A stretch of DNA of 64,000 nucleotides from positions 7,998,001 through 8,062,000 of the forward strand of contig CM106585.1 in the NCBI GenBank assembly GCA_048013815.1, given 5' to 3'. Numbering within the stretch: position 1 is the stretch's first letter; each line of letters opens with the position of its first letter. The DNA comes from Setoptus koraiensis (Eukaryota > Animalia > Arthropoda). Below, one piece after another: positions 12,476-24,514 of the stretch. The position numbers and the translations under genes are program-made. The notes beneath the pieces were generated by a model that searched no databases, was not told the origin of the DNA, and saw only the letters and a program-made list of their open reading frames with translations.

Positions 12476-14879
12476 TCATTTGTTCTCTTGGTATTCCTCT
12501 TTGTCTAGAAAGGCGCTTATGTGAAGATATACAATCCAATACATTAGCTGAAAGCAAACAAAACAAACAGGAAACACAACGCGCGAATATTTATCTATTG
12601 ACGATGGCGTCAGGCCAAACACTGTGTCTAATTGTCTGTCTCTCAAATTCCAAATAGCTGGCGCAAAATGATTGGGTATTGTTCTGAATGGGGGAGGGGG
12701 CGCAACGTTGGGCATTTGTTGTCTGTTTGTGGTGGTGGTTGTTGGAGTTGTTGAGTTTAGTAGGCGCTGTTGCGAGTCGGTGGTTGCATTAAATAGCTGT
12801 TGTTGTCTTTGGTGTTGCTGCTGCTGCTGTTGTTGTTGTTGGTTGTGCTGGCCAGACTGCTGCTGCTGATGGTGGTGATGATGATGGTGGTGATGGTTGT
12901 GATTGTGCAGATTTAGGAAGGCCGCTGCAGCGGCAACGGTGGCCTTACTGGTAAACATTTGTGCCTTTTGTTGATTGCTTCTCGGAATGGTGCCAGCAAA
13001 CGATTGAGTGGACGTGCAAGCGGTTGTTTGTTGTTGCTGTTGCTGCTGATTAAATACTGTTGGCACTTGGCCAATATTTGTCGACTGCTGGCACGCGTTT
13101 TGATTTGTTGCAAATTGGGGCGAACTAGGTATCACCTCGGGAAACGGATCACCTTGAGAGCCGGCCGCTTGAGCTTGTATTTGTGCCAGCGCTCTTGCTT
13201 GAGCTTGGGCGCTGGCGTGCTGAGCCTGTTGCTTTCGCATGGCGATCCGTTTGCCCAAATAACCAACTGTGGCATACTCTAACAGTGCCGCAAACACCAT
13301 AATGAAACAAGTGCCCAAGAAAATATCTATAGATTTGACGTAGCTTATTTTGGGCAGGGCGGCATTAGTGCTGGACATTAGTGTTGTCATTGTCAACACC
13401 GTTGTGACGCCCAATTGAACGCGGGCCGGCGACGCATTCCTATGCAACCAAAACGACACCCAACTGATAACCACAATCAAGCTAGACGGTATATATATCT
13501 GAATGAGATAGTAGCCCATGCGTCTGGCGAAATGTATCTCGGCAATGAGGCGCGAGTAGGTGCCTTGGGTTGGCGTGGTGCATGGTGCATAGTGGTTGTT
13601 ATTGCGTCATTATTGTGTCGTTGTTGTCGTTGTTGTTGTGTTTATTGCACGCCAATAACAACACACAGACAAATGCATCGACGCAGAGACGAGACATGAC
13701 AGTGAGATGAGTAATAATGATGAGAGCACAAGATAATCGCACGACATGGTGTCGGCACTCACCTGAACTGAGCTCCTCCAGACGGTACTTCTGAACGGTC
13801 TTGGTGATGTCGAATTGGGGCAGCGAGATCTTTTTGTCGCGCTCCACGGCCGAGTCCTTTCTGGCCCACCTATAAATGATGTCTTTGACATTGTAACCGT
13901 CTTCGGGCGTTGCCAATGTCCGGCGCACAGTCGCGTTTCGCGGCATCCGCAGAGCGGCGTTGCCAGAGCGGCGTCGGCAGAGCGGCGTCGGCAGAGCGGC
14001 GTTGGAATTCGGGCGAGTTACATTCGGGTTATTAGTGGGGCATTAATATCAGACAAATATCGGGCAAATGTCGGGCAAATATCGGGCAAATGTCGGGCAA
14101 ATGTCGGGCCGCAAGCAAGTGTTTATTATATTGGTTATATTGGCCATGTTGAGCATACTCACAGCTTTCGGCCTCAATGGTGCACCTTTGCCTGTCCATG
14201 GGAAAGTACTGCAAATTCATTGGACATGACGAGGTCACAGTGAGCCTGAGCACCAGATATATACATGCCAATGGCAAATTGGCAAATAGGCAAATTGGCA
14301 AATAAAACAATAAAATCAATAACAGTGTCAAAACAATTGTCAGCATGATGTGACTGACTGACTGCATGCATAGACACAGTGTCGCGCATAGCTCACCGGT
14401 CACTCACCTGATACTCCTATACACCTCGCCAGTGTGATCAATCCTCAGGAATACGTTTGGCGTTGTTGCCTCGTGGAAATAGGCCTAACGGCATCGGCGA
14501 TAAAACAAAAACAACAAAACAACGAAACAAAAGTTAGCTGGCCAGACAATGATCGATTGCAATCGCAAAATCAGCCGCATCGAGAATGATAGATTGGTCG
14601 CATTGGGGCCCGTGCAATGGAGCCCGCTTGTGCCGCCATTGGGGCCCGTGCAATGGAGCCCGCTTGTGCCGCCATTGGGGCCAAGCAGGTGGGCTCGCTG
14701 GCTCGCAACTCCAATTAAATTGCCGCTAATCAAGCGGCAATACGGCGACAATAACACGATCGCACGTAGCCGTTGCGTGGGCGGCCCATGATCACGACAG
14801 TGTGATTTGTTACAAACAAATTGTCACACCAACTTATATTTGTCAGACACACAGACAGCAGCATAAACTGGCCAGCACT

Positions 14880-14911
<32 letters not shown>

Positions 14912-17135
14912 TTGGCGGCGCTATTATTTCACTTGGCCATTTTCGACAATGCGACCAGTGCATTTGTTAGTGTTTGTTTCACTTGTTTCGCAAGGGGCCC
15001 CACGCACCCACAAACAACGACAGCGAACAGACCCAATTATTTGTGTTCAATATGGTTATTGTATGATTATTGCAGTATTATTATTGTAGTGTGACGGTGT
15101 GACGTGGCGACGTGGCGACAGTGACAAAGGGGCCAGCAAAAAGCAAAACAAAAAAAGTGCCAGCCACCAACAAAGTTGCCAGCCGTCAATCGAGCGCCCA
15201 AAATGACAGCCACTAAATGAGCGTTTGACAAACGATGGTTGCACTGCATCGACTGCATTAATATTGCACAGTGTTGCTGCAGAGTGTATGCAGATAATAA
15301 TGGGCCCCCTTATTATGTGAGCATTATGGTTATTTGGTCGCCAGCTTTTGGGGCCAGAGCTGCGTCGCAAGTGTCGCAAGGGGCGCCAGTGGTCGCAATT
15401 ATGCTGGCAACGCAGTGCAAAGGCAACCCAACAAACACAAAGTGCTGCTACTTACCAGTTTCTCATTACCAAAAAATGTGTCGGGTAGCCAAATCTTTTT
15501 GGACACTTCGGCGCCCACATAAAGTGTGTTTATGTCAACTAGGCGCTTGAATGACAGCCTAGGATCTACCCACGTCTGACGAAAATAAAAATCTGCCGTG
15601 AAATCCATCATGACCTCACTAACTGAGCTTATGGACAGAATGCGCATTGTCACGTTTACCTCGACAGGCGGACCGCCGTAGTTTGGCCTCACTCGTTTGT
15701 CGTAGCCCCGCTAATAAATTCATGTCAGTTGATTAGCGAGCGCCCATTAGTTGATTAGTTGATTGGCGGCAATTTCAATGATGTAAATACCGTGTGGTGT
15801 TAATATCGTGATTACATGTTATTGATGCCAATTATTGAACCAAACGCACATGGCACGAACAACCGGAAGGGGGCAGAGTATTGAAAATTATTTTTTGTTT
15901 AGTTGATTAATTAGTTGGCTGTGTCACGTGCTTATACTGTAAACTTTGCTTGCGTTATATATTCGTGGCGTATTCAAACTCACCTCGAAGAATGTGTTCA
16001 GTATCTTTGTTATCGAGTAGCCAGTGTTTCTGTGGTGACATGGGTTGGACATGGCGGCGCATCGAAGGCATCGTTAGCGTCATCAGTAAATACAACATAA
16101 TTAGTAATTAGTAATTGGCAAAAGATGCCCGTGATTGCCTGTGCGTCAAACTGTTTCGTGTCACAAACAAGATAAACTAATTATGATTGTTATATATTTA
16201 TATATATAAGCTCACCTGTAATCTTGATCGGAATGAGAGGCCGCTTCGGCCAACAGCGTCGCTGCAACGTTGTGTGTGTGCGAACTACGAGAATAACTGT
16301 TTGTTTGCTTGCCTTGGTATCCGAAGCTAGTTAGAACAATCATAATTATCAGCATGCTTAAATTGGCACAATTCAAAAAGGAACACGCCAGCGCCTTGTT
16401 GCCGGTGCTAACAACGCGCCTCTGTTTGAGCCTGGTTTGTTGGGGCCCCATTGAGTGGTATAAATGATGTTTTGTTTGTGACAAAATTTTGCATTTGTTT
16501 TGCTGGCTCATTTTTGCCCGTTGTTGTTTGTGTTTGCTTGTTGCTTGGTTATCGTGGTTATTTTGCTGGTGTTGCTTTGCTGATGCTTGTGATCTCGTTC
16601 TTTGCGTGTCTTGTTGCGACAAACAATTCTTACAAGTGTCCACTGATCTGATCAGGTCAGCATCAACATTGACACGTTCAATTGATTGTGGGCTCAATTG
16701 GTCACTAGTTACACGACAGTTTACATTTGGTTGCAGTGGAGGGTATTCAATATTATCTTCATGTTGTTCATGTTGTTGTTCGCTTGCTAGCATCGACGCG
16801 TTGACCAGTTCAGTGTGGCCAGTTATTTCACAACAACTATCTGCATTACATACAAAGATGATTGGCGGATAGTTTGGTGCAGTTGCACAAGTCACTCGAT
16901 CACAATCGGAACAATCATTGTTACTGGCAACAATTGATCTCGATTTTGGGCCCGATTTTCTGCTAGCCATGACAATCTGGCATAGCTTGTATAGGTTGTT
17001 GCGTTCTTTGTGGCGCTTCTTTGCCTGATACAGTTGATGATTGTGATGAATGCCACAAACCATGTTAACTAACACCGCCAATGCGCATCTACGACAACAT
17101 GCAATATTACAAGATAACTCATTTAGATATATCAA
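12476..17135 (-). CDS. Rdl: GABA-gated chloride channel subunit (Rdl-type Cys-loop receptor); exons 16216-(up to 17135, start uncertain), 15984-16029, 15456-15710, 14408-14484, 14163-14245, 13763-13900, 12476-13563
   Basis: [42 protein letters not shown], Cys-loop [16 protein letters not shown]1 [23 protein letters not shown]2 [18 protein letters not shown]3, M4 [28 protein letters not shown] sites with matching phases were traced by hand. Confidence 0.93.
14601..14682. repeat. 36-bp tandem repeat (2.3 copies) in Rdl intron 3
   Basis: CATTGGGGCCCGTGCAATGGAGCCCGCTTGTGCCGC at 14601-14636 and 14637-14672, then a partial copy. Confidence 0.95.
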
Positions 17136-19295
17136 CGTTTATCAAGCGACGATAGAAGGCAAGTTGACATGCGAGTCAAGCGAGTGAGCAAGTGAGCAAA
17201 AATGCCTAACGCCCCCATGTAATTTAAGGGGCCATTATTGTTTCGCTGTGTGTGCTCGCTGTTAAATATTAATATCTCTATTTGCTTTACAACTTAACAA
17301 ACAACAACAACTTTTCACTTTTGCCGCTGTCACTTTGCTTAAATTAAATCTTGCTATTGAACAAAAATCTTGCTATTGAACAAAAATCTTGTGCGATTAT
17401 CTTGCGTGATAAGCTTGTGTGATAAGCTTGTGTGTAATTACAATGGCTGTACAATAATGAGCTGATGTCTTGTCGCTGTTGTCGGCGTTGTTGCTTCAGT
17501 TGTTGCCTCAGTTGTTGCCTCAGTTGTTGCCTCAGTTGTTGCCTCAGTTGTTGCTTTAGTTGTTGTCGCTCCAGTTGGCGCTGTTGCAGTTGCAGTTGCT
17601 GTTGTTGCTGTTGTGAGGCTTGCTTGTCGCCCAATCAATGCTGTTATGCAATACGGATAAAACTGTATTTATATAAAAGGGATAAAACTGTTTCGCTGCC
17701 GTCTCAATTGGTCCAATGGCCGATGCTAATCACACAATAACGCGCCCGATAACATTAAGCAAAATACTCAAATTGGTCAAATCATTTTCAATAGACAACT
17801 TTGGGCAACTTTGCTTGTTTGTGCAAATCAAGTGCCATCAACGTGAAGCCCCTAGAAACTGGCGCCGTCGCGTGCTCGATTCTTTCTGGCGAGATGAACC
17901 AGCCAGCGCTCACAAGCGTGTAAACACGCTTATAAATGTATTTATAATACACATAGCGCCACTCGGTGGGGCCCCGATAAGCGCGGGCGCAGTCGCAATG
18001 GGCGCCCTCGGGGCTCTAAACAGAGCTAAACGGAGCTTGCTGGCTCCGGCGTCAATTCGGCAGCTCGCGTTGCTGGCCGCGCTAACAAACAACGGCAAAT
18101 AACATTTAAATATAAATATATATTTATATATATTTAATATATAATATAAATAGGGGCCGCCGCTCGCCAGAGTGACCATATTTTTCATTATAGTCAGCTG
18201 GCTCTTCGGGGCTCTTTTGGGGGCTCCTTTGGTGGCTCCTTTGGGGCTTTTTGCCAATTTCGGGAGCCAGTTTCTGGCTGTTGGTTGGGCGATGTGTGAA
18301 CTTGAGGACATAACTGTAAAATAAAAGTAATAAATAATAGCCAGTGGATGCATCGCTCGCATCGTCTTGGCTTGCATGAAGCGATCAACATGACGAGGCT
18401 CGAGAATTGGCGGCGCTCAAACGGGCCCCAAACAGTAAATATTTGCCAAGACTAAAAAGCGTTCCTACTGCTAAAATGTTTGCAGTGCTTTGTCGATAAA
18501 TGCAGCGCCACTAGGGAAAGTATTATTATTGGGGCATCAATCAATTAACTGTTGGCATGTAATTAGCGACTGTTGCACTTTAGCGGGCACTCTCGCTGGC
18601 CGACGACACCATGCGCCCATAAACAACAATCAAACATTCAATATCGACGACGGGCCCCAGCGATCGGCCCCCGACGAGCGTGTCGATGATCGCCGGATAT
18701 AGACGGCTGGGCCGGATAATACTTGCCAGGCACTCGCTTGCTGGGCCCAACAAAATGGCGTTTGTGTGCTTAGGCAAAAATTAATTTATGCATGCTCTCT
18801 CTCTCTCTCTCTCTCTCGGCCTGTTTTGGCGCACTCAATATCTCACACTATATCTTGTGCACACTATCCGTCTGATAAATACTTTATATCTTACGCAGAC
18901 TATATAATAGACAAAATATAATATGCAATATATAATATAAAACGGCGTGCCGAATTAACTCGAGCTCGGCCCAAATCTGCGACCAGCAAACGCGACGGCA
19001 CTGGCTCACGAGTGCGCCACACTGGCCAAACACTGGCGATGCCAAGACGAGGCATTCGAGAATTCGAGTGCCAGACTCTGGGCCCCCATTACCGGGCTCG
19101 AGCAGAGCCTAATGGTTTGCGTTTGGGGCCCCGCACCGTGTGTGTGTGTGCAAAGTGGCCCGAACGCACTCTCACATATCCGCAAACATGCCAACATATC
19201 GGCTGGCAGTGGCTGGCCGATATGTTGGCTGACGTTTATTTGGAAAGATTTTTCTGCGCCCAGTCGGGCGCTTGTTATGTGGCTATGCGAGCCAG

Positions 19296-19409
19296 CAACA
19301 ACAACAACAACGACAACGACAACAACGACAACAACGACAACAACGACAACAACGACAACAACGACAACAACGACAACAACGACAACAACGACAACAACGA
19401 CAACAACAA
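19296..19409. repeat. Compound (AAC)/(AACAACGAC)n repeat
   Basis: Reiterated aacaacgac 9-mers preceded by aac triplets. Confidence 0.9.
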
Positions 19410-22400
19410 GGCGCGATATATGTGCACAGATATACGTACAGCGAGAATGGATGCGATGCGCCTGTGTATTGTGTATCACTAATACAGTATTAGTTAGGGG
19501 GCGCCCACCAATGATCGCCATTAGATCCTATTAGGTCTGCTTGAGACGCGCAGCCGGGCCCAACGTGCAGGCCCCATTAGGGCCCCATTACACGGCAACA
19601 ATTTACAATTTGCTGGCTGGCTCGCCGCTGCCAGCAAGAGCAACCTATGAATTGAGCGGCTGAATTGAGCGGCTGAGTGGGGCCCGCGACATGAGCGGCT
19701 GAATTTTGAACGCTGCAGCGAATTCAGCGTGTCGCATGAATTTGTCAGGTTTAGGAATGCCGGCCGGCGCCGAGTTTAAGACAATGCGCTAAAATGCGCT
19801 CGCCAGCGACACAATAGCCCGCCGAGCAAACAGTGGCCCACTCAGGGAGGGGCCGTCTCGCGAACGGGCGCACAGGCCGACGGGTACAAGGGGCCCCATT
19901 ACACAGACGTGGACATTAGCGCCGCGCGGCGGATATGGCGCGCTGCTGGCACTTTTCAGCATGTTATATAATGTTATATAATGCTTTATAATGTTATATA
20001 ATGCCATATAATGTTATATATTGCACGAGATAATATAATATAATATGTATTTTATTCGTAGCCGTGCGTTCAGCACTGTCGCTAATACACTTGTCGCTGC
20101 GTAGGTTGGTTAGAGGCACCCAAAGTGGCGCCAGTTGATGTTATTAATAGTGATGGAACGAGCCCGCGATGAGTTATAATGTCCCCGCTCGCTGGTGGCG
20201 CCCGTTCGGATTAACTCAAGACGAGCCCCCGGCTCGTCTGGCCAGTTTATTTGGCGGCCTCTCGGCGGCGCCCATCTCGACGGATCTAATAGTTTTTGTG
20301 GCGGCCCCAACGCGCCGGGCCCCAACGCGCGCGATCATCATGCACGCTGTGCCGGCCCATCGCGCCTCCTAATCTGTGCCATCTATCCGACGCGTGCACC
20401 GCAGCGCCACCAGCGGCAATCTCGCTGCCCGGCTGGCGGCAATCTTATCCGGCTGGCGGCAATCTTATCCGGCTAGCGGCGGCACCAGCAACCAGCCAGC
20501 AGTTATCTCGGGCCCCTTTTATCACATTCGAACACACCGTTGGACGGCGCGCTGATCGTCGCCCGGCGACGGGTGCGCCGATTGTCGCCCACAGCAACGA
20601 CATTGCAGCAGCAGCAGCAGCCAGGTATTACCAATATAAACTTACGCAACAGCCAAACGCGCTAACAAGCGATGGGGCACTGGCGGGCCCCAATCGCGCC
20701 CTCGCTCCCCAAAAGAGTGTGCCCGAAAGCGCCAGCAAAAGTGCCAGCCCAACAAGAGATAAGGAGACGCGCTCACTTTTGCCGGGGCGCGCGCGCAATC
20801 ATAAAATTGAGCCAATCAAACTGTGATTGGGGCCCGCCGAGTTAACCTCGCCCTCGTTAGCCCTGGGTGCACTTAGGCAGCTGACTTGGCGCGGCTTTGG
20901 CGCGCTCCACTTGACAAACGGGTGAACTTGCCAATGTCACAGCGACCCGACAGCGCGCACGCTTGTCCGCCCCGATTCAAATCGTCGTCGCCACGCTCCG
21001 GCCCGCGGCCCGCACCTATCGCACCGACAGCGGCACTGCGAGCCGCGCCGAGAGCCGCACCGACGGTCGCGCCGAGAGACATGGGGCCGGCCGAAATCCC
21101 TCCAGGATAAACGACAACAATAGAGAGTGACGCAAACAATGCGATCGCTCGCCAGCGCGAAACAGCCGAGGCTTGAAAAGGGGCCAACGCGTACACGTCA
21201 CTCTTGACTAAATTGACTATTTTGTATGTTTCTGTTAGTGTGTTTGTCGTGCTCCGCCGACGCCGCCGACGACGATGATGACCACGATGACCGACACACT
21301 GCTCAGCTGAGCAAATGGGGCCCTTCACGTGTCGTTGTCGTTGTCGTGTCGCTAACCGTCGTGGGGCCGCCACTAACGAGACAAACAACAAGATGCCAGC
21401 AAAAAACAAAGGCGCGCCCCTCTGTCACATCGTATTTATTATGGTCGTCGTTGTTATTTTGGCGTGCTTGTTCGCCTGTCGGAGTGCAATTGTTTCTTTG
21501 GAGAGCTTTTTCTGGTCATTGTCGATAAAATCTGTCGCTCGCGCCAAGTCGTGCTGCCGCCCCCCCCCCTGCCGGGCCCCGCGCTGGTGGCGCTCTTTTT
21601 ATTCGAGCGCCCCCTTATTGCAAACAAATTCGGGCGCCTCGCAAGAAGGGTGCAAAAAATCAAAATAAACGCCAAATTGATGCCTCCGAATGGGCCCCGA
21701 ATCTCACCAATTTGTGCACAATGGGCCCACCAATCTCGCCAATTTGCCCAGCAATGGGCGCCCACATCTCGCCAATTTGCGCGCCCGTGGGGCCCCGAGG
21801 GCGCTCACCGAGGGACCGGCGCGCACAATTAGAGCGACATCAACAACTTTATTTATGGTATTCGCATTGATTGGATGGAGAATCAATATGAACGAAGCGA
21901 CGACTTTTTGCAGCATCGAACCCATTTGCGAATCTCTGCCAACACAAGCCATTGTGAGCCGCAACTTGCCTCATCGCCTCAGACTCTGAGGCTCAGAGCC
22001 TCCGAGTCAGAGGTGTCCCAGTTTGCAGCACGCGACTTGCCAGCAATTACCGCGCCAAACCGTTAAAACTTGCAGGGGCGCCCGATGTGACAAGTCATTA
22101 TTAAATTGTCACCCATACCGACAGAATGAATGGCATTGTTTACAACTGACCGAGCCTCGAATAAGTTGAATAAGTCGCCCAGTTGAACTGGGCCCCTTAT
22201 TCGAGCCATTCGCTACTACAACAACCGGCGACTCACGTAAATTCTTTTTTGATTTTGTTTGGCTTCGTTGCTGGCGGCCGGTTGCAGGCCTAACCGCTTG
22301 GGGCCCAGTGGCGCCGTCATTGTTGGCGCGTCTGATCCGATTACTTGTGATCCCCTTATTTGCAAATTCGGCCATATAAAATAATAAAATTGATGCGTCT

Positions 22401-24185
22401 CTCGACTCGTGCACATGGCACGCGCTGCAGCGGAGGCTCCCCAGCAGCCGGTTAATCCGGTGCATCTGGTGGCTGGGTGGCTGCATTTGTCAACTTGCCG
22501 TGTTGTGACTTGTTTGACAGTTGACGCAAGGATAGTTGGACATTCAGTGACGTTTGCTCTCAAGCGTGCCCGCCGGTAGCTCACAAGCTCACAAACCAAT
22601 GTTATGTAACCTGGTTTCGGTAACTAAAACACTGTGCTTTCAACGAAGCTGACTCGTTTAGTCAGTCGTTAGTTTGTCGTATCCGTTGTTGCTGCTATTG
22701 TTGCTGTTGTTGTCGTTGTTGTTGCTGTTACTGTTGTTGCTGTAGTTGTTGTTGTTGAGCTGGGCAGTCGGATCGCATGTGGTCGCCAGCACGTCGGTGG
22801 CGACTTGTTGACGGCGCTTGTGAAGTGGCACGTTTCTTAAGTGGCAAGTTTAGCTCAAGTGACTTCTAACCGATGAATTGGTCAATCAATTCAGGTTGCG
22901 CTTGATTAATTAGCAATTAATACATGCCACAGGTAATCTGTCAGCATGAGAGACAAACGATGCGACGCTTGATTGAGCTCTAGATCACAGCTCCAATCGG
23001 GTGCGAAGCTTGCAAGACGCGAGTTGCCAACTTGCATCTTGACTCATGATTCAAGAGAGATCTAGAGACACAAGCAATTGCGCGATAAATTTATAAGTCG
23101 AATCGGGCCCCGTAGCCCATCCTTAAAATGCGATCTGCAACGGCTTGTCGCACGGGCCCCGTCGAGATGGCGCACAAACAGTGCCGATCAATTGACTTTA
23201 GGGTCGCCAGAGTTAGGGACGCTGGAAACTAGCGACTTTAGCGACCCTAAATACACCTAAATAGACCCAAATAGACTCAAATAGACTCGTTCTCGGCACT
23301 CCATCGGCACAACACCCATAACCTGTGTAATGGCTATCAAGTAAACAAGCTATCAGCCCGACAGAGAGACTTGGCCAAGCCCAACTAACAGACTGACAAT
23401 GGCTCGCTGGCTTGGGCGCACCACCGAGGCACCGGCCAAATCAATAAAGGATGTTATTATCTGTTTGGCACGTTCTCTCGTTGTGTCACTATCGCAAGTT
23501 GCTGGCGAGCGCAGTAAGTGTCGTTAATGGCGCTCATACTTGTGTGAGCCGTCAAGCAACCCATTGGTATCGGCATATATTTATACCTAAATATGTATAT
23601 ATTTAGGTATAGATATATTTATCCGGATATACCTTTATTGGGGACAGCAGCGCGAAGGCAGCCAAAGAAAAGCGTACATACACGACGACATACATGACAT
23701 TTAGCTTGATCGTGGCGTATTCAGACCGTTGGCGCATAGATAATAAAATAGATTAACGATGATAATTATCATAACTTTAGCCTAGTTGCCGGCGATAGGC
23801 CACGGTAATAATATTACGCCATAATATATAGTGTTGTTGTCGCTGTTGCTGCTGTCGTTGTTGTGCAATACCCAAGTGCTTGCAGACAGTGTACAATTTA
23901 TACGATATTTATCGTTTCTGTCTGTGCCGCATATAGCCTCATTGTAATAATCACTACACACGCCATCTAGCAAGGCACCGATAAATGCCCAAATAAGTTT
24001 ATCTGGGCATTCATTGTCGCATGCGATTGCAGCGCGATTGCCACTGTCGACTGTGGGCCGCCAGTTGAGGCCCGAGTGCGCGACTTTTTGTCGCAGTCTT
24101 ACTAAGACTGTCTTAGCAGGCGGTGGCGCACAGCCGCAACTAGCGCTCCTATTTTAGGGGCTAGGGCCCTATATTGAGATATAGC

Positions 24186-24514
24186 TAGTGTGCCGGCTTA
24201 AATTTAAACATTAAAGGCATTTAAGGCAGGTTTTGAATTTATGCCAATTGCCCTAAATGGGCACTTGCCAGAAATAGGAAAGGGTATGCCTTAAATTGCA
24301 TTTTGAGGCATTTTTGACGCATTTTTGTGCCTTGAAATGCCTCAAATTCCGCCATTTTAAGGCACATGTGCCTTTTAATCTGAATTTAAGGCATTTTAAG
24401 GCATGCCTTTTTCTAGTTCTGGCATGAAGGCATTTTAGGCCAATTGGCAAAAAGATGCCCTTTATTCCTGAGATTGAAGGGCATGTCGTTTAAACCATTT
24501 GAGCCGGCACACTA
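24186..24514. mobile_element. Non-autonomous hAT-superfamily element (MITE), 329 bp
   Basis: Left end TAGTGTGCCGGCTTAAAT; right end reverse complement TAGTGTGCCGGCTCAAAT (18-bp TIR, 1 mismatch). Exact 8-bp TSD GATATAGC at 24178-24185 and 24515-24522. Interior packed with AAGGCA/TGCCTT subterminal motifs; no ORF. Confidence 0.9.

Noticed and set aside
13564-15455. Mutually exclusive Rdl exons (insect 3a/3b, 6a/6b)
   Set aside because: No duplicate exon sequence seen; the introns flanking exon 6 are only 262 and 199 nt.
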